DNA of 53,982 bases from Pseudomonadota bacterium (GTDB lineage: Bacteria > Pseudomonadota > Alphaproteobacteria > SP197). How positions within the stretch are numbered: position 1 is the first letter of the stretch; each line of letters starts with the position of its first letter. The notes below the pieces were generated by a model, which did no database searches, was not told the DNA's origin, and saw only the letters and a list, made by a program, of their open reading frames with translations. The DNA lies in contig JAQCLG010000003.1 of assembly GCA_027592745.1 (NCBI GenBank), forward strand, positions 1 to 53,982, given 5' to 3'. This document shows, one piece after another, positions 9,760-20,481 of this stretch. The position numbers and the translations under genes were made by a program.

Positions 9760-10535
9760 CCTGCCGCGTCATTCCGTGCCTGGACGTCGACAACGGCCGC
9801 GTCGTCAAGGGCGTGCGCTTCCAGGGCCTGCGCGATGCCGGCGATCCCGTCGAGCTGTCCATGGCCTACGAGGCCCAGGGCGCCGACGAACTGGTCATGC
9901 TCGACGTCTCGGCGACACCCCAGGGCCGCGGCAACGCGCTGGTGACGGTCGCTGCCGTGCGCGCCGAACTGGCGATCCCGCTGACCGTGGGCGGCGGCGT
10001 GCGCCGGGTCGAGGACGCAGGCGCCCTGCTGGAAGCGGGCGCCGACAAGGTGGCGGCCAACACGGCCGCCGTGGAACGCCCGGAACTGCTGAGCCAGATC
10101 GCCAACCGCTACGGCAGCCAGTGCGCCGTGGTCGCCATCGATGCGGCCCGCCGCCTGGAGGGCAAGGAAGGCTGGGAGGTCGTCGTCCATTCGGGCAAGG
10201 ACCGCACCGGCAAGGACGCCGTCGCCTGGGCGCGCGAGGCCGTCGCGCGCGGCGCCGGCGAGATCCTGCTGACGAGCTGGGACCGCGACGGCACGCGCAG
10301 CGGCTACGACACCGACCTGCTGGCCGCCGTGTCACAGGCCGTCCACGTACCGGTCATCGCATCCGGCGGCGCGGCCAATGCCGAACACCTGATCGCGGCC
10401 CTGAAGGCCGGCGCCGACGCGGTGCTCGCCGCCTCGATCTTCCACGAACGGGAGTTCACCGTGGGCGACATCAAGCACGCCATGGCCGCGGCCGGCATCC
10501 CCGTGCGGCTCGACGACACCGCACCCCGGGGCTGA
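9753..10535 (+). CDS. hisF: Imidazole glycerol phosphate synthase cyclase subunit
   Basis: [44 protein letters not shown] and LAASIFH. Confidence 0.96.
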   Translation: MLTCRVIPCLDVDNGRVVKGVRFQGLRDAGDPVELSMAYEAQGADELVMLDVSATPQGRGNALVTVAAVRAELAIPLTVGGGVRRVEDAGALLEAGADKVAANTAAVERPELLSQIANRYGSQCAVVAIDAARRLEGKEGWEVVVHSGKDRTGKDAVAWAREAVARGAGEILLTSWDRDGTRSGYDTDLLAAVSQAVHVPVIASGGAANAEHLIAALKAGADAVLAASIFHEREFTVGDIKHAMAAAGIPVRLDDTAPRG

Positions 10536-10545
10536 GGCCGCAGCC

Positions 10546-11736
10546 GTGGACGCTTCCGCCCCAAGGCGCCTGCCGGTTGTCGCCTTCTGCCTTGGCCACA
10601 TGGCGGTCGACTGGCCCCATGGCGCGATCTGGATCCTGGCGCCGGCGCTGGCCATCGCCATGGACCTGTCGCCGGGCGAACTGGGCACGCTGTTTGCCGT
10701 CACGGCGGTGGGCAGCACGGCCACGCACATTCCCGCCGGCATGATCACCGACCACTTCGGGCGGCGCGGCCTGCTGTTCGTCACCACCTTCGTCTGGGTC
10801 GTGCTGGGCTACGGCGCGGCGACCCTGGCGCCGGACTTCTGGTCGCTCACCTTCATGCTGGCGCTGGCCGGCATGGGCACCTCGGCCTGGCATCCCCTGG
10901 CGACCGGCACCCTGACCCAGGCGATGCCCGGCCAGCGCGCCCGCATCCTGGGGATCCACGCCATGGGCGGCACGATGGCGGAGGTCTTTGCCCCGCTGCT
11001 GACCGGCGTCTTCCTGACCTTCGTCGACTGGCGCACGGGGCTTGGCCTTTCGGTCGTGCCGGCGGTCGTCATGGGCGTCGTTTTCTTCGCCCTGCGCGAC
11101 CGCATGAACTTGCCCGGCCATGCCGGCGCCTCGATGCTCGACATGAAGGACCTCTGGCGGCGCTGGTCGAGCCGCACCGGCCTTGCCCTGGTCGCCATGA
11201 TCAGCATCTACAACATGGCGATCATGGCGGTGCTGGCGATGGCGACGCTCTACCTAGTCAACGACCTGGGGCTGTCGACGACCACGGCCGGCTTCGCCTT
11301 TGCCGCCATGATCCTGGCCGGCGCCCTGCTGCAGCCCGTGATGGGCCATCTCTCGGACCGGCGCGGCCGGCGCAAGGTGTTTGCCGCCTCCCTGCTGGCG
11401 GCAGCACCGCTGGGCCTTGCCATGCCCTTCGTCGAGAGCCCGCTGGTCGCGGTCGCCTTCCTGGTCGGTATGATCGGCGCCTTCTACGGCGTGCGTTCGG
11501 TGGTGCTGGCCTCGGCGGTCGACTTCGCCGGCAAGCGGGAAGGCACGACCCTGGGCCTGACCTTCGTCATGATGGACGGCATCGGCGCGCTGGGCGCCCT
11601 GCTCGGCGGCTTTGCCGGCGATTTCGACCTGACCTGGGCCTTCGTCCTGGCATCGGGCTTCGCCGTCGTTTCCGCGGTGATCGCCATCCTGTCGAGCCTT
11701 GCCTTCCCCGTCATTGCCCCGGAGAGCCGGACGTGA
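10546..11736 (+). CDS. MFS transporter (Fsr-like)
   Basis: About 12 hydrophobic segments; GMITDHFGRR and GHLSDRRGRRK motif-A copies; WHP in TM4; stop overlaps the next start (GTGA). Confidence 0.88.
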   Translation: MDASAPRRLPVVAFCLGHMAVDWPHGAIWILAPALAIAMDLSPGELGTLFAVTAVGSTATHIPAGMITDHFGRRGLLFVTTFVWVVLGYGAATLAPDFWSLTFMLALAGMGTSAWHPLATGTLTQAMPGQRARILGIHAMGGTMAEVFAPLLTGVFLTFVDWRTGLGLSVVPAVVMGVVFFALRDRMNLPGHAGASMLDMKDLWRRWSSRTGLALVAMISIYNMAIMAVLAMATLYLVNDLGLSTTTAGFAFAAMILAGALLQPVMGHLSDRRGRRKVFAASLLAAAPLGLAMPFVESPLVAVAFLVGMIGAFYGVRSVVLASAVDFAGKREGTTLGLTFVMMDGIGALGALLGGFAGDFDLTWAFVLASGFAVVSAVIAILSSLAFPVIAPESRT

Positions 11737-12995
11737 TCATTCCCTCGATCGACCTGATGGGCGGCCAGGCCGTCCAACTCATCGGCGGCAAGGAACGCGC
11801 GATCGAGGCGGGCGACCCGCGCCCGATCGCCGAAAGGTTCCGCCTGGCCGGCGAGATCGCCGTGATCGACCTCGACGCCGCCCTGGGCCAGGGCGACAAC
11901 CGTGCCCTGATCGAGGAACTGGTGAAGCTGGCGCCCTGCCGGGTAGGCGGCGGCATCCGCGATGTCGAGACCGCGATCCGCTGGCTCGATGCCGGTGCCG
12001 CCAAGGTGATCCTGGGAACGGCGGCCAAACCGGAGATCCTGCGCGAACTGCCGCGCGAGCGGGTGATCGCCGCGCTCGACGCGGTCGAGGGCGAAGTCGT
12101 CACGCACGGCTGGACGACCAGGACGGGCGCCTCGATCGACGACCGCATGGCCGAACTGGCGCCCTATGTGGGCGGTTTCCTCGTCACCTTCGTCGAGCGC
12201 GAGGGCCGTATGCAGGGCACCGACATGGCGGCGACGCGCCGCCTGGTCGATGCCGCGGGCAAGGCCAGGCTGACGGTGGCCGGCGGCTTCACCACGGCCG
12301 AGGACATCGCCCTGGCCGACAGGGTCGGTGCGGACGCCCAGGTCGGCATGGCGCTCTACAGCGGCCGCCTGAACCTGGCCGACGCCATCGCCGCACCGCT
12401 GAAGAGCGACCGGGCGGACGGGCTGTGGCCCACGGTGGTCTGCGACGTCCACGGCCGCGCCCTGGGCCTGGTCTATTCCGACCTCGAGAGCCTGCGGGTG
12501 GCGGTCGAGCGCCGCGTGGGCGCCTATCACAGCCGCTCGCGCGGCCTGTGGGTCAAGGGCCAGACCTCCGGGGCGACCCAGGAGCTGCTGAATATCGACC
12601 TGGACTGCGACAGGGATGCCCTGCGGTTCACCGTCGCCCAGGCCGGGGCGGGTTTCTGCCACCTCGACACCTGGACCTGCTGGGGCAAGGACGGCGGCCT
12701 GCCCGAACTGGCCCGCCTGACCGCCGCGCGGCGCGCGGATGCGCCCGAGGGTTCCTACACCCGCCGCCTGTTCGAGGAAGCCGGGCTGCTGGACGCCAAG
12801 CTGGTCGAGGAGGCCGGCGAACTGGCCGGGGCGTCCAATCCCGAGGACGTCGCCCACGAAGCCGCCGACCTGCTCTATTTCGCCATGGTCGCCATGGCGC
12901 GGGCGGGGGTTTCCCTGAGCGACGTCGAAGCCGTGCTGGAACGGCGCGCCCGCAAGGTGACGCGCCGCCGGGGCGACGCCAAACCCGCTTCCTGA
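11733..12995 (+). CDS. hisIE: HisA-like TIM barrel fused to HisI (PR-AMP cyclohydrolase) and HisE (PR-ATP pyrophosphatase)
   Basis: N-terminus IIPSIDLMGGQAVQL, VIDLDAA, VGGGIRD, VILGTAA; middle SRSRGLWVKGQTSG, DCDRDAL, GFCH; C-terminus SYTRRL..KLVEEAGEL..EAADLLYF. Confidence 0.9.
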   Translation: MIIPSIDLMGGQAVQLIGGKERAIEAGDPRPIAERFRLAGEIAVIDLDAALGQGDNRALIEELVKLAPCRVGGGIRDVETAIRWLDAGAAKVILGTAAKPEILRELPRERVIAALDAVEGEVVTHGWTTRTGASIDDRMAELAPYVGGFLVTFVEREGRMQGTDMAATRRLVDAAGKARLTVAGGFTTAEDIALADRVGADAQVGMALYSGRLNLADAIAAPLKSDRADGLWPTVVCDVHGRALGLVYSDLESLRVAVERRVGAYHSRSRGLWVKGQTSGATQELLNIDLDCDRDALRFTVAQAGAGFCHLDTWTCWGKDGGLPELARLTAARRADAPEGSYTRRLFEEAGLLDAKLVEEAGELAGASNPEDVAHEAADLLYFAMVAMARAGVSLSDVEAVLERRARKVTRRRGDAKPAS

Positions 12996-13036
12996 GCGGA
13001 TTGCCGGGAAAAATCGCAGGCCGGGGCACCTGCCCT

Positions 13037-13064
13037 CTTGACCTTGTCCGGCAAATCGCTAAAT
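13037..13064 (+). promoter_or_regulatory. Putative RpoH (sigma-32) promoter of groESL
   Basis: CTTGAC-N16-CTAAAT directly upstream of CIRCE; resembles the alphaproteobacterial CTTGAA-N16/17-CTATAT consensus. Confidence 0.55.
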
Positions 13065-13070
13065 CGCCTG

Positions 13071-13097
13071 TTAGCACTCTCCCTCGGTGAGTGCCAA
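13071..13097 (+). promoter_or_regulatory. CIRCE element (HrcA operator)
   Basis: TTAGCACTC-N9-GAGTGCCAA, one mismatch to the consensus, upstream of groES. Confidence 0.93.
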
Positions 13098-13143
13098 AAG
13101 TACCATTCGGGATATTCAGACACTCAGACTAGGAGACTGGAGG

Positions 13144-13461
13144 ATGTCGTTTCGACCGCTTCACGACCGCGTTGTGGTTCGTCGCGTTGACAGCGAAGAG
13201 AAGACCGCAGGCGGAATCATCATCCCCGACACCGCCAAGGAAAAGCCGATGGAAGGCGAGATCGTCGCCGTCGGCCCCGGCGCCCGGGACGACAAGGGCA
13301 AGGTCCAGGCGCTCAACGTCAAGGCAGGCGACCGCGTCCTGTTCGGCAAGTGGTCGGGCACGGAGATCAAGCTCGACGGCCAGGAACTCCTCATCATGAA
13401 GGAGTCCGACATCATGGGCGTGATCGAGGGCAAGGCCCGCGCCGCCAAGAAATCCGCCTGA
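13144..13461 (+). CDS. groES: Co-chaperonin GroES
   Basis: [27 protein letters not shown] and [13 protein letters not shown]; GGAGG RBS. Confidence 0.98.
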   Translation: MSFRPLHDRVVVRRVDSEEKTAGGIIIPDTAKEKPMEGEIVAVGPGARDDKGKVQALNVKAGDRVLFGKWSGTEIKLDGQELLIMKESDIMGVIEGKARAAKKSA

Positions 13462-13476
13462 ACGGAGGACCAGTAG

Positions 13477-15117
<1,641 letters not shown>

Positions 15118-15142
15118 TCCTCCGGGTCAGAGCGCTACGATG

Positions 15143-15177
15143 GGGCCGCGGCAGAGATGCCGCGGCCCTTTTCGTTT
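15143..15177 (+). terminator. Intrinsic terminator of groESL
   Basis: GGGCCGCGGCA-GAGA-TGCCGCGGCCC followed by TTTTCGTTT. Confidence 0.85.
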
Positions 15178-15220
15178 GAAGGGGCGCGATCCGTTCGATT
15201 GCCACCAGGAGGTGCACATC

Positions 15221-15511
15221 ATGGCCATGAAGAGCCCGCCCCACCCCGGACTTTCGGTCCGTCTCGATTGCCTGGAGCCGCTCGGGCTGACGGTGACCGA
15301 GGCCGCCCGGGGCCTTGGCATCAGTCGCAAGCAGCTCTCCGACATCGTGAGCGTGCGCTCGGGGATCTCGCCCGAGATGGCGATCCGCCTCGACAAGGCC
15401 TTCGGCGGCGGCGCCGAGACCTGGCTGCGACTGCAGACCGCCTACGATCTCGCCCAGGCCATGCAGAGGTCCGACGAGATCAAGGTCGAGAGGCTGACCC
15501 GAGCAGCCTGA
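15221..15511 (+). CDS. higA: HigA/VapI-family antitoxin (orphan)
   Basis: [33 protein letters not shown] and [10 protein letters not shown]; AGGAGG RBS; no intact higB upstream. Confidence 0.9.
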   Translation: MAMKSPPHPGLSVRLDCLEPLGLTVTEAARGLGISRKQLSDIVSVRSGISPEMAIRLDKAFGGGAETWLRLQTAYDLAQAMQRSDEIKVERLTRAA

Positions 15512-15529
15512 CACCGTGGCACCGCTCCG

Positions 15530-15588
15530 CAGAACCTCGGGGTCAGAGCGTTCCCTGGGGCCGCGGTGGCAACACCGCTGCCCTTGTT
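15530..15588 (+). repeat. Diverged second copy of the groEL downstream/terminator sequence
   Basis: cagaacctcggggtcagagcg..tggggccgcgg..GCAA..gccctt matches 15114-15170 ctgatcctccgggtcagagcg..tggggccgcgg..GAGA..gccctt. Confidence 0.75.
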
Positions 15589-15693
15589 CCTTGCCGGCCT
15601 GTCGAACAACTTCACCTGTTCCGGTGCACAGCCCCTTGATCCCGCAGCGTGCGGGCGCTTAACTCCCTCGGCCAGCACTCAGGGAAGCACGCC

Positions 15694-15999
15694 ATGTACA
15701 AGATCGACCCCGCCAAGACCGAGCTCGCCAAGGAGTTCAAGGAGAAGCCCTTCGGCCCGCACAGCGCGGAGCTGCAGAAGGTGCTGAACGTCATGCGCTG
15801 GGAGCCGGTCGAGGGCAAGTACGTGCTGGTCAACACCGTGCCGCACAAGGAATGGTGCCTGGCCCAGCTTCCGGGCAAGCGCGGCGTGCCGATCAAGGTC
15901 CACGAGGACGTCAAGTTCACAGACCTGGGCGAAGCCGAGTGGCACATCTTCAAGATGCGCTGGAAGAAACACACGGGCGCCGACCTGGCGCTCGACTGA
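15694..15999 (+). CDS. N,N-dimethylformamidase small (alpha) subunit-like protein
   Basis: 101 aa, EFKEKPFGPHSAELQKVLNVMR...F.DL.EAEWHIFKMRW pattern, directly upstream of DMFase large subunits. Confidence 0.75.
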   Translation: MYKIDPAKTELAKEFKEKPFGPHSAELQKVLNVMRWEPVEGKYVLVNTVPHKEWCLAQLPGKRGVPIKVHEDVKFTDLGEAEWHIFKMRWKKHTGADLALD

Positions 16000-16013
16000 G
16001 CCCGGCCGATACG

Positions 16014-18251
16014 GTGAACACCGGCTTCGACTACAAACGCCGGGTCCTGGCCTACGCCGATCGCATCAGCGTGCGGCCCGGCGACACGGTCGCCTTCAAG
16101 GTCAGCCTGGAGGATCACGCGCGGTTCGACTTCAAGGTCGTGCGCGTGGTCAACGGCGTCGAGACACCGACGGGCGCGCCCTACAAGGAGGTCGAGGTCG
16201 AGACCTCGGCCGACGGCAGTTATCCCGGCGGCTTCCAGCGGATCGATGCCGGCTCCTACGCCGTGGTGCCGGGTTCGCCCGCGCTCGACCGCCTGTCGAG
16301 CTTCACCTTCCAGTGCTACCTGATGCCGACCCTGCCGGGCGATGGCCGCCAGGTGATCTGCAGCCGCGGCTCCGGGCCCAAGCGGCCAGGTTTTGCCGTC
16401 ATCCTGGACGAGAAGGGCGCGCTGGCGCTGATGGTCGGCAACGGCAAGACGCTGGTCACCGTCTCGACCGGCGTGGCGATGCTGCCCTGGAAATGGGCCT
16501 TCGTCTCGGCGAGCTACGATGCGCAGAGCGGCGAGGTCGAACTCTGGCAGGAGCCCGACGAGCGTTACGTCACGATCGACAGCTTCGCCCACATCACCGG
16601 CAAGGCCCCGACGGGCATCGGCTTCGCGGCCGATCATCCCCTGCACCTGGCGGCCTGGCAGGTCGGCCACCACGAGGACGGGCGGCCACGCATGGCCGGG
16701 CATTTCAACGGCCGCATCGACAGCCCGCGGCTGGCCTCCGAGGTCGTGGTCTGCCACGAGATGAGCAAGCTGGCGCGCACCATCCCGCCGCGCGCGTCCT
16801 GGGTGCTGGGCGCCTGGGACCTGTCGCGCGACATGTCGGGCGACAGCATCGTCGACGTCTCGGGCAACAACCTGCACGGCCGGCTGGTCAACCTGCCGAC
16901 GCGCGCGGTGACCGGCTACCACTGGGACGGTTCCTGCCACGACTGGACGGGCAAACCCGAACACTACGGCGCCATCCACTTCCACGACGACGACCTGCAC
17001 GATGCCGGCTGGCAGACATCAGTGACGCTGACCGTGCCGGAGGGCCTGAAGAGCGGCGTCTACGCCGGGCGCTTCCGCGCCGGCAGGGACGAGGCCTATG
17101 TGCCGTTCTACGTGCGCCCGGCCAGGGGCGCGAAGAAGGCCGCCATCGCCTTCCTGGGCTCGACCGCGACCTACATGGCCTATTCCAACAACCACTGGCA
17201 GCTCGACGAGGAGAAGGCCGAGGTCAAGCGCGGCCGCATCATCGCCTACACGGGCGACGAGCTGTTCCTCAACGAGCGGCGCGACCTGGGGCTGTCGACC
17301 TACGACACCCACCGCGACGGCTCGGGCGTGGTCTATGCCTCGCGCCTGCGCCCGGTGGTGATCAACTTCAACCCGAAGTCGATCATCTGGAGCTTCAACG
17401 CCGATACCCACGTCACCGACTGGATGGAAGCCGAGGGTTTCGACTTTGACGTCGTCACCGACGAGGACATCCATGCCGAGGGCGTGGCGGCGCTGGAGGG
17501 CTACAAGGTGATCGTCACCGGGGCCCATCCCGAATACTGGTCGACGCCCATGTGGGACGCGCTGACCGCCTATTTCGACCGTGGCGGGCGCATGATGTAC
17601 CTGGGCGGCAACGGCTTCTACTGGCGCATCGGCTGGAACGGGGACCTCACCGCCATCGAGATCCGCCGCGCCGAATCGGGCGCGCGCTTCTGGGCCTCCC
17701 TGCCCGGCGAATACCACCAGAGCTTCACCGGCGAGATGGGCGGGCTGTGGAAGCGCATCGGGCGGCCGCCCCAGTCGCTGGTCGGCATCGGCACGTTTGC
17801 CACGGGCTTCGACCGCTGCGGCTGGTTCGAACGCACCGAGGGTTCGCGCGATCCGCGCGCGGCCTGGATCTTCGAAGGCGTCGGCGACGGCCCCATCGGC
17901 AACTTCGGCGTTCTGGGCAACGGCGCTGCCGGCATCGAGCTGGACGGCGTCGACCACGCCCTGGGTTCGCCGCTCGACACCATCGTGCTGGCAAGCTCCA
18001 CCGGCCACTCGGCCTATTACATGCAGAGCCCCGACGAGATCGTCTTCAACCATGCCGCGGTCAACGGCGATGCCAACCCACGGGTGCGCGCCGACATGAT
18101 CTACTACACCCTGCGCTCGGGTGCCGGCATGTTCGCGACCGGCTCGATCAGCTGGGCGGCCAGCGTGGGCCACAACGGCTACGACAACGAGGTCGCACGC
18201 ATCACCGGCAATGTGCTGCGCCGCTTCGCGGGCGAGGAGCCCCTGCCCTGA
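16014..18251 (+). CDS. N,N-dimethylformamidase large (beta) subunit family, copy 1
   Basis: AYADRISVRPG, LamG-like domain, HYGAIHFHDDDL, TATYMAY, GLSTYDTHRDGSGV, HPEY, YLGGNGFYW and GIELD; GTG start inferred. Confidence 0.92.
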   Translation: MNTGFDYKRRVLAYADRISVRPGDTVAFKVSLEDHARFDFKVVRVVNGVETPTGAPYKEVEVETSADGSYPGGFQRIDAGSYAVVPGSPALDRLSSFTFQCYLMPTLPGDGRQVICSRGSGPKRPGFAVILDEKGALALMVGNGKTLVTVSTGVAMLPWKWAFVSASYDAQSGEVELWQEPDERYVTIDSFAHITGKAPTGIGFAADHPLHLAAWQVGHHEDGRPRMAGHFNGRIDSPRLASEVVVCHEMSKLARTIPPRASWVLGAWDLSRDMSGDSIVDVSGNNLHGRLVNLPTRAVTGYHWDGSCHDWTGKPEHYGAIHFHDDDLHDAGWQTSVTLTVPEGLKSGVYAGRFRAGRDEAYVPFYVRPARGAKKAAIAFLGSTATYMAYSNNHWQLDEEKAEVKRGRIIAYTGDELFLNERRDLGLSTYDTHRDGSGVVYASRLRPVVINFNPKSIIWSFNADTHVTDWMEAEGFDFDVVTDEDIHAEGVAALEGYKVIVTGAHPEYWSTPMWDALTAYFDRGGRMMYLGGNGFYWRIGWNGDLTAIEIRRAESGARFWASLPGEYHQSFTGEMGGLWKRIGRPPQSLVGIGTFATGFDRCGWFERTEGSRDPRAAWIFEGVGDGPIGNFGVLGNGAAGIELDGVDHALGSPLDTIVLASSTGHSAYYMQSPDEIVFNHAAVNGDANPRVRADMIYYTLRSGAGMFATGSISWAASVGHNGYDNEVARITGNVLRRFAGEEPLP

Positions 18252-18252
18252 C

Positions 18253-20481
18253 ATGATGAAGCTGCTTTCCTACACCGACCGGCTGTGGGCGCGCGCCGGG
18301 CAGACCGTGACCGTCCATGCCAGCGCCGAGGGGTTCGACAGCCTGGAGGTCGACCTGGTGCGCCTGGTCTGCGGCGACGACAGCCCCGCGGGTCCGGGAT
18401 ACCGGCTGGAGCCGGTGGCCGGCACGCAACAGACCGTGCCGGCGGCCTTCCAGGCGATCCACGCCGGCTCCTGCATCCTGGCCGACGATGCCGCAGGCCT
18501 GCGCTGCCTCGACGACGCGACGGTGCAGATCCTGGTGTGGCCGACCACCCCGTCGGACGCCGAACAGGCGGTGATGGGCATCTGGGATGCCACGACAAAG
18601 GCGGGCTTCCTGCTCTCGATCGGGCCGGACGGCGCGGCGCTGACGACCGGCGACGGCGACACGGTGAGCCGGGTCGCCACGGGTGCGGCGCTGACCGCGC
18701 GCGAGTGGTATCTGATCGCGGCCAGCCACGACGCCGTCAACGGCATGCTGCGGATCGCCCAGCACCCGCTCAACCGCGACGGACGCGGCGAAAGGCCGCT
18801 GGTGGCGCTTGCCGACAAGGCGGTGGCGCCCCGGGCCGCAGAAGGCACACCGCTGATGGTCGGCGCGGCATGGGGTGGCCCCGGCCATGCCGACGGCCTG
18901 CGCCCCGTGATGTGCTTCAACGGCAAGGTCGAGGCGCCGCGCGTGCTTGGCCACTACGAGACCGATCTTGCCGGGCTCAACGAGGCCGGCAGCATTCCCC
19001 CGGCCGCGCCCGGCATTGCGCTTGCCTGGGATTTCTCGCGCGCCATGACGAGCCTGCGGGTCGAGGATGTCTCGGGCAACGGGCGTCACGGCCGCACCGT
19101 CAACCTGCCGACCCGCGCCATGACCGGGCACGACTGGACCTCGCAGGAACACGACTGGCGCCATGCGCCCGAGCAATACGGCGCGATCCACCTGCACGAC
19201 GACGACCTGGGCGACGCCGGCTGGCAGGAGAGCGCGCAGATCGTGCTGCCTGAGGGCCTGCGCAGCGGCATCTACTGCATCCGCCTCGCGGGCGGCGGCC
19301 ATGAGGACATGCCGCCCATCGTGGTGCAGCCGCCGCGCGGCGGGCCGACCGCGGCCATCGCCTTCCTTTCCTCGACGGCGACCTACCAGACCTACGCCAA
19401 CATGCACCACAGCACGGATGACGCGGGCGCCGAGATGCGCTCGGCTTCCGCGACGATCCTGTCGCCCTCCGACGTCCACCTCTTCGAGCATCGCAAGCTG
19501 GGCCATTCGCCCTACGACACCCATGGCGACGGCAGCGGCGTGAGCGTGGCGAGCGCGCGCCGGCCGATGCTGGGCTACCGGCCAAAGGCCGGGCTGTGGA
19601 GCTTCAACGCCGACACCCATGTCACCGCCTGGCTCGACGATTGCGGCTTTGCCTGGGATGCGATCAGCGACCACGCGCTGCACGACGAGGGCCTGGCGCT
19701 GCTGGCGCCCTACAAGGTGGTCGTCACCGGCACCCATCCCGAATACTGGTCGAGCGCCATGTGGCAGGCGATGACCGCCTATCTCGATGGCGGCGGCCGG
19801 CTGATGTACCTGGGCGGCAACGGCTTCTACTGGCGCATCGCCTTCCATCCCGCGGCGCCCTGGGCGCTGGAGATCCGCCGGGCGCAGGCTGGCGCGCGCT
19901 ACTGGATCGCCGAGCCGGGCGAGTACCACATGGCCTTCTCGGGCGAACTGGGCGGCCTGTGGCAGCGCATCGGCATCGCGCCGCAGCAGCTTGTCGGCAT
20001 CGGCACCGTGGCGACGGGCTTCGATTCCTGCGGCTGGTACGAACGCCTGCCCGACAGCTTCGATCCGCGCGCAGCCTGGATCTTCGAGGGCGTCGGGCCT
20101 GAGGAGAAGATCGGCGATTTCGGCCAGCTCGGCGGCGCAGCGGGACTCGAACTCGACTGGGTCGACCGCACGCTGGGCACACCGTCGCACTGCCTGCGCC
20201 TGGCCAGCTCCGCGGGCCATTCGCACCAGTACCTGCAGACCATCGACACCATGACCTTCAACCACACCGCGGTCGCGGCCCCGGTCAACCCCGCGGTGCG
20301 CGCCGACATGGTGTTCTTCGAGACGCCCCGGGGCGGCGCCGTGTGGTCGACCGGCTCGATCGCCTGGGCCGCCAGCCTTGCCGCCAACGGCTATGACAAC
20401 AACGTCGCCCGCGTCACGGGCAACGTGCTGCGCCGTTTTGCCGATTCCGCACCGATCGAAAGAGGGAAGCCAGGACCATGA
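18253..20481 (+). CDS. N,N-dimethylformamidase large subunit family, copy 2
   Basis: YGAIHLHDDDL, TATYQTY, SPYDTHGDGSGV, GTHPEY, YLGGNGFYW and GLELD; starts 1 bp after the copy 1 stop. Confidence 0.92.
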   Translation: MMKLLSYTDRLWARAGQTVTVHASAEGFDSLEVDLVRLVCGDDSPAGPGYRLEPVAGTQQTVPAAFQAIHAGSCILADDAAGLRCLDDATVQILVWPTTPSDAEQAVMGIWDATTKAGFLLSIGPDGAALTTGDGDTVSRVATGAALTAREWYLIAASHDAVNGMLRIAQHPLNRDGRGERPLVALADKAVAPRAAEGTPLMVGAAWGGPGHADGLRPVMCFNGKVEAPRVLGHYETDLAGLNEAGSIPPAAPGIALAWDFSRAMTSLRVEDVSGNGRHGRTVNLPTRAMTGHDWTSQEHDWRHAPEQYGAIHLHDDDLGDAGWQESAQIVLPEGLRSGIYCIRLAGGGHEDMPPIVVQPPRGGPTAAIAFLSSTATYQTYANMHHSTDDAGAEMRSASATILSPSDVHLFEHRKLGHSPYDTHGDGSGVSVASARRPMLGYRPKAGLWSFNADTHVTAWLDDCGFAWDAISDHALHDEGLALLAPYKVVVTGTHPEYWSSAMWQAMTAYLDGGGRLMYLGGNGFYWRIAFHPAAPWALEIRRAQAGARYWIAEPGEYHMAFSGELGGLWQRIGIAPQQLVGIGTVATGFDSCGWYERLPDSFDPRAAWIFEGVGPEEKIGDFGQLGGAAGLELDWVDRTLGTPSHCLRLASSAGHSHQYLQTIDTMTFNHTAVAAPVNPAVRADMVFFETPRGGAVWSTGSIAWAASLAANGYDNNVARVTGNVLRRFADSAPIERGKPGP

